This document shows, piece by piece, positions 26,143 through 39,037 of a stretch of DNA of 64,000 bases (the stretch's first letter is position 1; each line of letters starts with the position of its first letter). The DNA comes from Tubulanus polymorphus (lineage: Eukaryota > Animalia > Nemertea): positions 7,564,001 through 7,628,000 of the forward strand of contig NC_134028.1 of the NCBI RefSeq assembly GCF_964204645.1, in the 5' to 3' direction. The notes beneath the pieces are model-generated. The model was given only the letters and a program-made list of their open reading frames with translations. It did no database searches and had not been told where the DNA came from. The position numbers and the translations under genes are program-made.

Positions 26143-26259
26143 GGATCCGATTTTACAGTTGTGAGTTAGAGTTAACTCCGAGTTGAAATGATTCGTTCAT
26201 TTTCAATGAGTTAAGACGCTGAGTCAAATCTTAACTCAGAATTGTGGAACTGGGTCCTG
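26143..26259. mobile_element. Palindromic MITE, same family as 2176-2394
   Basis: GGATCCGATTTTACAGTTGTGAGTTAGAGTTAACTC...AACTCAGAATTGTGGAACTGGGTCC. Confidence 0.7.
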
Positions 26260-27568
26260 GTGATTAACTCATCCGCTGACAGATACGACACAGGTTTGAA
26301 TTAAACTGGGCCCGTAGTATACAATCACAGGTAACCGCTACTTATGACCAACCGGCGGTATTAAACCGGTTGATATTCAGTGTACGGCTTACTTATACGA
26401 TGTTATTCCATCACAGATTTCTATTTGGAAAGCGTGCAGTCCACCTCTGCCCCATGTTAATCAAACGCTGTTTGATTTAGAGCCACTCACTTCTGCGTTA
26501 TGATCATTGCTTAGGTAATCTCTATGTTCGACTCACGACTAGTTGAGGATTGACATCGGATACGTCGGATGGTTTATGACGGTTCGACATGTAATATTGA
26601 GGGAATGGTAGACGTCCCCGGGGTTGTACTATATATTTTGATATTCAAATAGCGGAACAAAATAAACAGACTTAATGTCCATTATTATCAAATCGTTTTT
26701 CGTGATTTATTTCATTTTTCGATATAGATAAGAGACTGGTGAATATCATTCCGAATTGAAGTTGAGTTACGGAACCTATGAATGCTGCTTTTGAATTTGA
26801 ATACACATTAATTCTGCTGATTAATTCCAACTATTTACTTATGGGTATCCAGGGTCTTAGTCAACAGAAATAGTTCTATTGCATAAAACTCCATGTTCTC
26901 TTTATTAATAAGCTAGAAAAAAGCGAAGTGGAGGGTCAAGTACTTTATATTAACGTAATTTGCTGGAACGGGGCCAGCCCTTGCCGACATTTCTATCTAC
27001 TCTAAAACATGCTACGTTGTTCAAATACACGCTACCTTCATTCCCAATCGGTAACTTATCAAAATAGTTTCAGCATATTCTTTAAAGGTTCGGGGGTTTG
27101 AATTGAACCTTCGTGTACTACATAGTTGTATCAAAGTCAGAAAACGAAACGTGTGGGGTGAGCGATTCCCCGTCGAAAACATGTCAAAATCCCGCGATTT
27201 GCAACTGTTACCATTATTAGATACATCCGTTAATTAAATCTAAACCCCATATGCTGGTATACACTTCAAAAATCATGCCAGAATATTCTCCATGTAATAG
27301 TCTGAAATGATCTTCCTCAAATTCATTACGATATATCAATATACATATATTAGATTAAGGGCAATAAAGCGTCAACATTAATCGCGTCACTCGGAATCGA
27401 TGAATTTACCGATAGCGCACACATCACAAAACCGTATAGACATAGAATATATAAATGTTGATTTTTTGCTGGTTAGAAAACGATTGAGTGCCATTTGACA
27501 TCGATGCTGCTGCGATCATCCAGCGTCGGTCGGTACTTGAATAACCTCGCCCCGGCTGTCGAAGCGGC

Positions 27569-27660
27569 TATAAATAAACGGTTACCACCGTGCTACTGCT
27601 GCGGGTTGCAACCGGTGTCTTATAGTTTTCACGCTTTACGCGCTCAGTCAGTCGTCAGTC
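27569..27660 (+). promoter_or_regulatory. Candidate core promoter of TRPC-B (TATAAATA plus TCAGT Inr-like motifs)
   Basis: TATAAATA at 27569-27576 and repeated TCAGTC at ~27643-27660, upstream of the ATG at 27733. The spacing is not canonical. Confidence 0.3.
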
Positions 27661-27732
27661 GTCATCGGGATTTATATAGTCACTAGATGAATTCCGTCTG
27701 AGGCGCTGCAGATATTATTTAGAATCGTTATC

Positions 27733-30700
27733 ATGGCTCAACAGTTAAGCGGGGGATCGCCGGCTGTAGAAAAGACGAGGAAGCAAATATTCAAAGAAGT
27801 TGCAGGTGAGAAATATCAAATCTAAAGAGTCGAAGGTGGAAAGACTGAAAATATCATTTTCGCAATTGATTGACTAAAAAACACATTTCAGGAGAGAATC
27901 TGAAAATAATGAGTTCTTCGGGGCTAATAGAAATTGTCGATCGAGAATTTTATGTTCAGAATTAAACTGGTGTAAGTTGATTTGTTCGACTTCGCCAATC
28001 GTGGACCAGCGTTTTTCATCGCGCACTTAACTTACACAAACTCGCTCTTAACTACACTTATGGGCACAAACTTGCCATAAATTATTGCCATACGTCGGCT
28101 ATGCTGGCTTAATCGCCAAGGTGTTACAGGCTGATTAAAACTTTATTCAATCATAAGATAAATCCCACTATTTACAGATTAAAAGAATTACAACCAGAAT
28201 TTATTTATTCAATCTAAAATATATAAAAGACACGACGTTTCGATCTCACCCTAGAGATCATCGTCAGAATAAATTCTGGTTTTTACTTTTTTTTTATCTG
28301 TAAATAGTGGGATTTTATCTTATTATCCGTTCACCACATTTGAGTGTGGTTATCGTTCTTTTATTCAATCAGTTTGATCACAGTGTTTGAGTGTAGTTGT
28401 CAGATAAGTATTTGATAGAGCGGTAATTGTGCTTCCTCCGACTGGCACACGTGGGTACTTTCCATCGAGTAGGGTGCGATGTCGATCGACGCACTAGACC
28501 ATGTGAACTTCGGGATCTTGTCGCTCGACATTGACGATGTATTGTAGCTGAATTCATAATTCAGTAGGCGACTACTCGCAATAAACGACTGGAATTGAAG
28601 TTACAGTAAACAATAGGAATCACGTTACGAATCCAAGTAAAACGTTTGAGTTACGCGTGAGCATGAATTATTAAAAGCGTTAAAAGCGTTATTTACCATC
28701 GTATAATCGGGCAGTGGTGTGAGAACAATCTGTGAGATTACTTTTAATCGTTAATAACTTAACCCGGGATTGTGCAATCCATAGGAAAAAAACCGAATCC
28801 GCCCAGGGCTCAAGGATTGGACCTGGAGACCGTAGAATGACCCTTACTTCCCCGGAGGAAAAGAAACGTCGAACTCCCGCTACTCCCTGCTTCGCTCCCG
28901 GTTGTGGTTGGCCTGTAAGGGACACCGATCAAATCAAAACATATCAAACAAAATCTACCAATTAGATACATAAAAGCGTGAATCCCTATCGTCAGATGGA
29001 AAAAAATGACACCAATAACACGGAATTGTTTGTAACTAAAGATTTCAGTAAATTGTATTGATATGGTTGATAGTGGTGAAAAATGCGCGCTATTAATTAT
29101 TCAGATCATTAAACCTTAAAACCGCTGCAGTAATTTCAGCAAACATAACAAGTTTAACAAATATAACATGTTCCTGTCAGTCGAATCGTATATTGTATAT
29201 CGCATAAACTTTGTCGTTGATCAACAACAAATTATTTTTACAGAAACGTTTACCAAAAAGAGTTAAAAAAACTGCCGGTTAAAAAGTAACGCTGTTAGTG
29301 CAGTCATACCAGGGCCGTATCGTACCTAGCATTTGAATGTTTTTTTACCAAACCCTTTTAGAATTTCATAGAGTTGAAATTCTTAAGCACTAATTCAGCT
29401 TGTTTATTCTGCAATAAGCACGAACACCTATTGGTTTGAAGCTTATTTACCATCGTGGGTTCAGCCGAAGATACACAAAAAGAAAAAGAGGAAAGAAAGT
29501 CTTCTGCGCGTCGTAATCCAGATTTAGAATTTAGTTTTCCGATATCAACGATAACTTTTGTGATGAGTGACTATCTTACAAGCAATGAATAACGAGACGA
29601 GTAGTACTGTATAAGTTAACTTTTAATTTGACGCAACGAGCTTTCGCTACTAATGTATAGAAGCTTCATCCTCATTCACTTCATGAAGCTTCTATACATT
29701 AGTATAGCGAAAGCTCGTGCGTCAAATAAATAGTTAACGTAAATAGTGCTACTCGTCTCGTTATCTATTCTAAACCCGGTTAACATCGGCTCCTCTACGA
29801 ATCTTCTCATCATATCTTACAAGCAAGAATTCAGTTATGAAAGAGAAAAGATGCAGATGAATTGAGCATCATACTGTTGGTGGTTTTGAGATGTGTAATA
29901 CAACGATATCATCGTCGGTGGCATCAGCGCTTTTCCCCGCTTTACCCCGCTGTCAAATGCAACAAAAAAATATTTTGTAATCAATCTAATCGAAATATTA
30001 TCTCAATGTTGAAGAATGGTGTTTGTCGGGCACTTGTACGATCCGCATATTTCATACAATTCAGGCATATCGACGCATATGCATAGCAGCTGTACACATT
30101 CATTTTGTGGAAATTAAATTTTTGTCCAGTCGAATTTATTTACTTTTAATCATTACTGAAACCATGTATCATCGAGACAAATGATGGTCGGAAATGAAAA
30201 TGTTTTTCGCCGTAAGTAATTGATAATATTTATTTATTCATTCAGAAGACATAAGTAAAGTCATATGGTCGACATGTTTCCCCTTCTGGCGCCAAATGCT
30301 CGATGCGCATATAATTTACGTGAACTCCTTTTCGCGGAAATTGTCTTGTTTGATAAAAGTGTTTTATTCATGAATATCATCGGTACGATATAGATATTAT
30401 TGCTCATATGTTTAACATCCTTAACATCTTTAAGTTAGACTTTTCACAAAAATCGCGTATAATTTTACATACGTATGCGTTATATGCATTATGTCCGCAT
30501 GGATAGATGATGTGTGTGTAGGCTTATACTTTTTTCCGCTTTTAATAATTCCGCTGAAGATTAGAATTCATTTCGGAGGGAACAATTTAGTCGATCATTC
30601 TCATTATTTACAATAATTGCAGCTTATTTGCTCGGTAATAGAGTCAGATTACGAGGCGACCAAGAACGTCTAGGCCCGCAGAGATTTCACCATTAACACC

Positions 30701-33700
30701 ATATCAATATTCTATTTCGTACCGTGTCCGTCGCGGAAACCTGTCTACATCAGAACTAGGTAGATTCTCCCGTAGCCGTAGTAAAAGTAATGTTCATTTC
30801 TCGGTTTTCTGACTCGTTACCTTAAGCTGAAGTGGTTAAAGGTCAGTTGTCAAGTGAGTTATTCAAAAAAATCTAACACGGGCCGAAATTGCTAATAAAG
30901 GTTTTTAACCAATGAAAGAATGGAAAATATGGGATTTATGAGACCATGAAAAATTGAATTCACGAATTTTCTGACGGGCATTAAAAAAATGCGGTCCTTG
31001 GTTTCATGTCGTCACTGTTTTCATTCGCCGCGTCCGAAAAACTCAACATTTCATATGCTTTAAGAATGATGTATGTATAAATTAGTGACAACAGAGCTGA
31101 TTGATATTCAATCAGAACATTTTTTTCAAAACAATGCGAAAATTATGCAACGAGGGGGCCGCAACCTTGAAGGGCCGCCACGATATGGCGCCTAAAAACT
31201 GGAAAGTTTTTTATTTGTTTGAATATTTATAAACATCTGCTATCTGGGAGTTCATTATTATGCATTAGTCATAATACTATTCGGTGATATTCAAGGTTTC
31301 GTGTTTGCATCGTATGCTAAAATAATGAGCCGTCGTTAACGACACAAAAGTTATTGAATTAAGTGCGACCTGGTTAAAAGTTTCCCCATTTCGTTGGCGT
31401 ACATTAAAACGGAAGCGGTATAAGGAGACTTTCTCTGCAGTAATTAACCTTAAAAAAAAGGTTCCGCTCGCTCCGACTGAAGATCACTTCAACTCCGCGG
31501 CGTGAAAATTACAGATCCGATATAAATAACGGATAAACAAGTTTAACCAATACATCATTTTACGACTAATCGTTACGAGCGTCTATGAAATGCCCCGATA
31601 ACACAAATAGAGCACTTTTTGTTATTATGAATGATTCACGTTCTTGATTACAGTACAAAACTCTCCATGGTTTCATCGATTAACCGTGCATAATTTCAGT
31701 TTAAATATCTAAATTTTCGCAGTGTTGCGCTATTGTCTATAGCCCTATTGACGCTTGTTTTGTTTTTTGCAGGACGTGTGACTGACGGTACAGCTGTCGG
31801 GCTGGTGAGTTTTAATGACGATGAAAGGCACCGCTTGAAAATGTATCTGATATTTTTGTTCGCCTTTTCCTGTTCGTTGTTACTGAATTCAACGTTTACA
31901 AGCGTTTAGAAATCACGTGGAAGCATTATGATAAATAGGAACAAACTGCAGAAAAATTTTCAGTTTGAAGTTTAAAAAAAACTCTTATGAAAGAATTTCT
32001 ATTCACTGTTGAGTAGGAAAGATTAATTCATCTATCAAACACGATCGCATCCGTATTCTATTGTTTTTGTCATACGTAAAATTGTTCTATTTACCGGTTG
32101 ATCCAATATCCAATCTCTAGGGAATATCCAGAACCGATATGAAAAAGCAACTGGAATGAAAAAACCATTGACATTACAAATAAACCTATTGAAATATATT
32201 TTGTTGTCAGAATAATGACGAAACGAAGCTACTTGAGGCGGCGTCCTTGGGAGATGTCGCAACAGTACAGAAACTATTGGATAAAGGAGTCAATGCATCC
32301 ACAAAGGATTCGCTGGATCGGACACCTCTCATCGGAGCCGTTGCCAGAAACCATCAACAGGTACATTATAGCGTCGAAATAAAAAAAACATTCCAATTTA
32401 AGACGACACTCCGTCTAAGCCAAAAAAATTACGATTTCATAGAGTTTTAGTTTTGGTATAAAGGTGCTCTCCTTGCTGAATTATATTGTCGGAAGTACTT
32501 TCCGTAGCTTAATGATAGTGTAGGAAGTACTTTCCGCACTGAATGGTAGTGTAGTGGAGGGCGCGCGTAACCTTTTGACTGATCATTACGATGCCCTGAT
32601 ATTGGTACAATATTTTCGTGTCAAGAATGGTAATTTACTTTCTGAAGTAAATCATGTAAAGGGTTACCAACGGCGTTAAAATATGTCACTATTGAGGGAA
32701 AATAGTTCTGAACAAAGACATGTTTCCGACGTACGTAGCAAGTAGTTTTTAATACGGCTTCGATGTTGAAAAAAAAATTCTCTAGAGTCATATTTCATTG
32801 AGTACTTCGAACGACTTTCTACCATCCTCCCTCGGCGGGATTTGAACCTGATGGCATCGCTACACTCAGCCTCGGCACAAAACCCTACCACGGTAGACCG
32901 GGTGCGCAGCTACATGCGCAGCTTTGCCGCGCGAAAACTTGCGGCACCAATCAGATTGCTCGTTGTGTAATCACTTTCAGGCAAATTTCAATGAAGAACT
33001 ATACTTGCGAAAACCCCGGGTTGAAATAAAACGGGATTTCTGATTGGCTAATAATGACATCATTTAAGCTGCGCACTCAGTCTAGTGTGCAGGGTTTCGT
33101 GACCAGCTCGATACCATCAGGTTCGAATCCCTGCTGGGGGAGGATGCTTTCTACTGGTTTTTTCGATTAAAGTTCTTGATTAAAGTTCGTTCATTTACAG
33201 ATGATAGAAATTCTGACGCCTAGATGTGAGCCCTTGGACTTCTACGAGGCGCTGATGTCTGCCATTCGCCAGGGAAAAGCAGCGATAGCCTGTTTCCTCG
33301 TCAAGAGTCCCGAATACGATGTCAGTATGGCCGAGGTTCGGGTTTTAGTGGCGGCGGGTGCGAATATTCTGCGTAGGAAACACGAAAAGAGGCAACATCG
33401 TGGAAAGAATAAGTCGAAATCAGCGGCACAAGACGACATTTTAGACACGAGAAAAGATGCGTACAGTATTACGCTGGCTACGAATGCTTCCCCGATAGTA
33501 TTAGCCGCTCAAATGAACTTGTTCGAAGTCGTAAAAACGTTATTGGACAAAGGAGAAAAAATCGAACCTCCCTCGAGTAACTTGGTGCTGTCCGAATTGG
33601 ATCCGTATTACGTTGCTAAACATCGTTTGGAGACGTTTAGAGGTGTTTGTAGCGAGGCTTATGTTTCGCTAGCTAATGACGACCCGATTCGCACTGCTAT

Positions 33701-36700
33701 GGATCTGGGGCGATCGCTGAGAAAAGCCGCTAGTCAGGAAAGACATTTTAGCGTAAGTCGTTCTTCCCCGAGGACCAGCCCTGCTCACCCGTTGGTGAGG
33801 TAGCGACGGTGGATATATAAAACCATTAAACTTAGACCAAAAACGGTGCGTTTTCTTGACTACCCCACACGGTTATGAGGTCAAAACAAAACCTACTTAG
33901 AATTATGGGAGCAGAGTCCAGTTTCAAAATTTTAACCTTATCATACCTTTACACCTTCAAATATTATCTATTATGCTTATTGAAATTGAACACGGGAGAT
34001 AAACCAAAAAAGTTAGTTTATTCAATTTTTTCCATGAAATGTTTTGGCATCGAAATATCTTTTTGCCATCTCCCACGTTATTTCGAAAAAGCTAAAGACA
34101 ACGTAATTTAATGTCTGGGATATGGCGAGGCTGGAATCATTATTCAAAAACATATCGCGACGTGTAAAATTTGAAAAGAATCCCTTGTCGTTACAGGAAG
34201 AATACAACCAATTGGCGGATGCTTTAAGTTCGTATTTGGTCAAACTAATGGATCACGTCAGAAACACGAGAGAACTGGATACGATCATAAATCATAACAG
34301 GGACGGAACTGAAGATAAATTCGCTACTTTAAAATTAGCCGTCGACTACGGAGAAATGAAGGTACGCAGATCATGTACAACCACATAAATGTTTTTTTGC
34401 AGAAGCAAATAAGTCGAAACAAATCGTTGGATGAAAAAGCCAAGCGTTTGAATGTATAACTTAACGCCTGAGTTCCGAAGCTGAAAAGGAAAAAGGACGT
34501 ATTCACTAGATTCGATTGGCTGACTGGCTAATAGCCGGCGCCACCGGCTGGAACGATGCTACCCGCTGGGAGAATAACTTCCTTTTCCGTCGCAAAAATG
34601 CTGATAGGCAATCGTTCATTCACAAGTCTTTTGTTTTTTCGCTAGTAAAGATAACTATGAAAACCCCATTTGTCATCTATCAACCAATAACGATCAGAAA
34701 TGAGGGAAATATTACGAACGATGCGTTGCTATGTCATCCCCATCATCACCCAATATTCGCTTCTCTTAACGATTCGTTTTCCAGGGTCAGCAAAAACAAA
34801 GCAATCAACATTGCGATTTAAGAATCGTTCCATTATGTATGAATATTTAAACGGTTTTCTTTATGAAAAAGATATCCTTCCCTTTGCAGTTTATTTCACA
34901 TCCAGCTTGTCAACAAGAACTAGAAATGACTTGGTACGGACCGATGTTGACCACTTCAAATTCTACTTTTAAAATGGCGCTATTTTGGCTGTTTTTCTGT
35001 CCAGCCTACCCCGTACTAAGCCTGCTGTATTTAGCACTGCCGCATACTAAAGTAAGTTCAGAATGGTATTCAGTTGAATGCCCGAAGTATCGAAACGTTT
35101 CCACAGTAAACGTAATATCAAACAGTTGAGATATTATCAAATGCATTCGGTCTGGATGGAGCTCTAGGCCCAGCTCTTTAGATCCTAGTAAGTTATACAA
35201 TTTGAATGACGGTTCTGACCTCCTACGTAACATCATGAACTATGTATCATTCACTTCTCAAACCTATTTTCAGATTGAAAAGCTCATGCGAATTCCATTC
35301 GTAAAATTCGTCGGTCATGTTTTCATGTTTCTGGTGTTGATGGTTCTACTGACGTTAGTCACCTCTACGCTGACCAGTACGATCCCTAGTCCGCAGAACG
35401 ACCATTATTTCGGGCATTTGAACCGGTTTTTCACTAACTATAGCAACAAGTACAAATTTGATATCGGCGACCGTTTGGTGATTCGCGGTATACAATTTTC
35501 CTCCATACAAATCATGGTCATCATCTGGGTAGCAGGTTTGTGAAAACGGATAAGAATTATCCATTGATTTTTGAAATTCTATAGAATCTCTTAGTTCCTT
35601 ATTGACAGTAATAACATCACGCGGAAGCATGGTCTGGTGAGATTATATGATATTGTAATAGTAATATCTTATGCGTGCCCAGTTTCACAGCTGTGAGTTA
35701 AATCACCGTGAACGTACGACTGGTACATTCTCAGCACATTCAAAATAACTTGATTGATCCTTAATGATATTATTTATGTTATATCATTCATTGTCGATAA
35801 TATCAAGTAATATGTGTTTGCGTCAATAAACTTTCAAGTTAGTTTTCTTATTGAAATTGATGCTATAGGAACTTATTCTTAAGTTTCGAGGTATTTGATC
35901 TTAAAAAAGGTATTGTCCCTGGTATTAATTTGGTTGGTAAATTTCGTTTGATTTCGCTCGAAACATTAGAATAAACTTATATGTCATCAATTGTTGATTT
36001 CGCTTATCGTCTGCAAGAGTAATTGAGAATGGACTATTCTGACTTAAACGACTGTGAACTGATGGCTGTCGTTTCGCGCTCTTACTTACGTCCGTATCGT
36101 GCCATCTTCAGGTTTACTGTGGCAAGAAATGAAACAGGTTTACGTCAGTGGATTCAAGCTACATTTCTCCGAGGTTCAGAATTATCTAGATTTTATTCTG
36201 CTATCGATGTACATCGCAGCGTTCACCGTATACGCAGTTGTCTTCGCTAAGGTAAGTAAACAATTTTCTTTCAGATTGAAATAGTCCGTTTTGATTGAGA
36301 TTTTGCTCCATAGCCCGAACAATTCACAAAGCGATTGCCAAACTTATCAAAGATCTGGTTAAGATTATTTTCTTCTCTATAAACACGCAAAATGCCGATG
36401 AAATATAGCTTCTTTCTTTTGTCATCAAAATGGTATTGTTGATTAAAATTGACAAATAAATCATGATTCATCGTCGACGAAATAATCATCACTATAGCGA
36501 CGAAGTAGATATAATAGCGTGACTGCTAGTTTCCACTATTTGACATCATCTCCAACTGCGGCTGGATTCTAATTTATGGAAGGTCTAAATCAGATTTTCC
36601 TATTCATCGTTGACACTTTGAAATGTATTCGCACTGTTTGACTTATCATTTGAAATGAAAAAAGCTACAGCATAGCACCTAGCCTGCCTGGAAACAATGG

Positions 36701-38655
36701 GGTGAATTAATCAGATTGTAAATTATAAAAGAAAAAACAATCGTGGCCTCGAAAAGAGCATCGATACAAAAAAAAATCTAAGAATAAGATTGACCTCATT
36801 TATATGATTGAATTTTAGCTCCATTTTGCCGTGGAATATTTTCGTACGGATTCTGCTTGGATGTTGTTAGTGAACGGAAACCAGTACGCTAAGCATCAGT
36901 ATTACTATATAGTCGGTGGTATGTATTCGGCAGGTAAAAGGCTTCCTTGCTTGTTTCATAATCTGATTCAAAATCGGGCGAGATTTGGCGCTATTTTCAG
37001 ATCGAATGGTATGGCAACCAAACGACCCGTTCGTTGTGTACGAGTGCATATTTTCTATCGCAAATTTCATGACATTCGGTCGCATCTCAGCATTTCTGCC
37101 CGCCAGTAACGTGTTGGGTCCCCTACAAATTGGTATTTACAAAATCATGAAGGTAGGTATAAAAAACCTCGCAATTTCACAACGTACAATTCGGGAACTA
37201 TACGTGTATTTTGCTGAAGCAAATCTTGTATTTGCTGAAAAGAGGATTATCTATCCTGGTCTTAAGTTTCTACTGTAAGGTTTGTGATATCAATTTTTGT
37301 GATATCATTTGAAATGTTTACGTGACAATTTTCAATGTTTGCATTCTAGGACGTTCTGAAGTTTTTGTTTATTCTGGGCGTAATGTTGACTCCGTTCTGG
37401 GTAGCGCTTGTAAACACGTACTGGTACTACAACATACGTACGCTACAGAATTCCACCATGTTTGTAGAATACGAACAAGCCGTCACTCAAGTAAAAGCCA
37501 GTGCCCATTTCACCACGTATGTTCCTGTAGCTTATTCGTCGATCTTATCCAGAAAATGTATCAGTGACATCAATTGAGGGTTCTAATGGCTTTGTACGAT
37601 TACCGCAAATAGTGTTTGAAGCAAAAAGAACATTTTCCATTCTAGTTCTTTAAAAAATGAAAAGGAATTTCGTCAATATTGAGCCATTACAAATTGCAGA
37701 AGGTTTATACGTCGACATATTTGAGTTTTCTATCATTACAGCATGTCAGACTGCTTATTGACTTTATTTTGGTCGATGTTCGGATATGCGGACGGAGCAT
37801 TTGCCACGATTCATCCGTTCAATCAGCCCGTAACCCAAGGAGCCGGTTTGGTTCTGTTCGCCGGTTATCACATCATGGTCGTGATAGTCTGTGTAAACTT
37901 GCTCATAGCTCTCATGACCAGAACATTTGACGCTGTGTCAGTAAGTGTACGGAGGTTCTTCGCCGGAGACAGGCCGTGTCGTTCACATGCGTCTTGCATA
38001 AATTATCCATCAAATGCTAGCCAACTATGACTTTTTATTTCAGTCGTTTTCACAATTGTTTTTGATTTTAGGAACACGAAGATGTTGAATGGAAATACGC
38101 CAGGACCAGGCTGTTCTTGGAATATATCGACGAAGGCCGCACACTAGCAGCACCGTTCAACCTAATACCGTCCGTAAAGTCGATTTACAAAATTGTAAAA
38201 GCTCCGTTCACGATGCGCGTCACAAAAAAAGAGTCGAACAATGAAGACCTGAAAATGGTAAGGTTATTTCCGATATCCGGCAAATCTTTCTGCGATTAAA
38301 TTTTCATGTTCGTCTATTCAAATACTAGACAACGGTAACTACGGAGCAGGGAATGTTTCAAGTAGTCAATGAAGCAAACAGGATAGATCGATCCCTCCCG
38401 AACAGCTTCAACACAGCCATTGAACAGACGAACACAAGGTCTCAAAAAACCGAATACGAGGTAACTAAAAAATCCCACAGATCGCGTGCATACACTACTG
38501 TTTTAGTTTGATCATTCATATACACCTAATTAGAGTTACCGTGGAAAACGATTTTCTGATCAATGTGATCAAATGCTCAAATTTCGCATTTTCAGACAGT
38601 TATGGTGGAAATAATAGATCGTTTGATTGACGCTACGTTGGATGATCAAGAATAG
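27733..38655 (+). CDS. TRPC-family cation channel, paralog B, ~843 aa, 15 exons
   Basis: Exons 27733-27805, 31773-31804, 32211-32360, 33201-33752, 34197-34361, 34890-35051, 35274-35535, 36112-36251, 36819-36918, 37001-37152, 37350-37516, 37742-37940, 38072-38257, 38329-38460, 38596-38655. Intron phases and most exon lengths match paralog A. It has the same TRPC motifs (LFWSMFG, EWKYAR, LGPLQI). Confidence 0.94.
28154..28359 (+). mobile_element. Penelope-like retro-insertion, family 1 (copy 2), with long 5' inversion and 12-bp TSD
   Basis: TSD TTTATTCAATCA at 28142-28153 and 28360-28371. The inverted arm 28154-28267 holds the hammerhead motif on the minus strand. The 3' end matches that of 21676-21883. 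Confidence 0.8.
28229..28267 (-). ncRNA. Minimal hammerhead ribozyme motif (family 1)
   Basis: The reverse complement reads CTGACGA-T-GATCTC-TAGGGT-GAGATC-GAAA-CG-TC-GTGTC. The 5' strand of stem I is lost at the inversion junction. Confidence 0.65.
29586..29812 (+). mobile_element. Penelope-like insertion, family 2 (copy 4), with 5' inversion and 14-bp TSD
   Basis: TSD TATCTTACAAGCAA at 29572-29585 and 29813-29826. The arm 29586-29670 is an inverted copy of ~29683-29765. Hammerhead-like CAC-TTCATGA-A-GCTTCTATAC-ATTA-GTATAGC-GAAA-GC-TC-GTG at 29677-29719. Confidence 0.75.
32823..33146. mobile_element. Palindromic element with outward-facing tRNA-like B-box arms
   Basis: The left arm CATCCTCCCTCGGCGGGATTTGAACCTGATGGCATCG is the reverse complement of the right arm CGATACCATCAGGTTCGAATCCCTGCTGGGGGAGGATG. 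Inner arms lie at 32879-32910 and 33067-33097. Confidence 0.6.
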
Positions 38656-39037
38656 GTTGATAATTAAAAAAAACTATTTTGCTCTACAGAAGAGCATTAC
38701 CGGACACAAAGAAAAACCTCAATTATCTATTTACCTCAAAAAGTCTTATTCTACCAGTCATAGATTCTATATTTCCTCAAAATGTGACTCATTTCGTGAA
38801 GTTACATATCCACCTCATAGCCAAATTTACAGTAAATTCAATCAGATGAAATATACTGGATTTGGACATATAAACCCCTATACACTGGCACTGATAACCA
38901 TATAATGTATCAAACATGAATTATCTGTGATTAATTTATGAGAATAAATCTATTTATCTATTCATTTTATACAAACAATTCTGCAAGCTTTCTACGAAGA
39001 GGATTCTGTATTTATTATTCCCATTTATTGGAAACAA

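Noticed and set aside
34872-34880. ATATCCTT, resembling an AT-AC U12 donor
   Set aside because: It lies in the polypyrimidine tract 10 nt before a normal AG acceptor and cannot act as a donor in the gene model.
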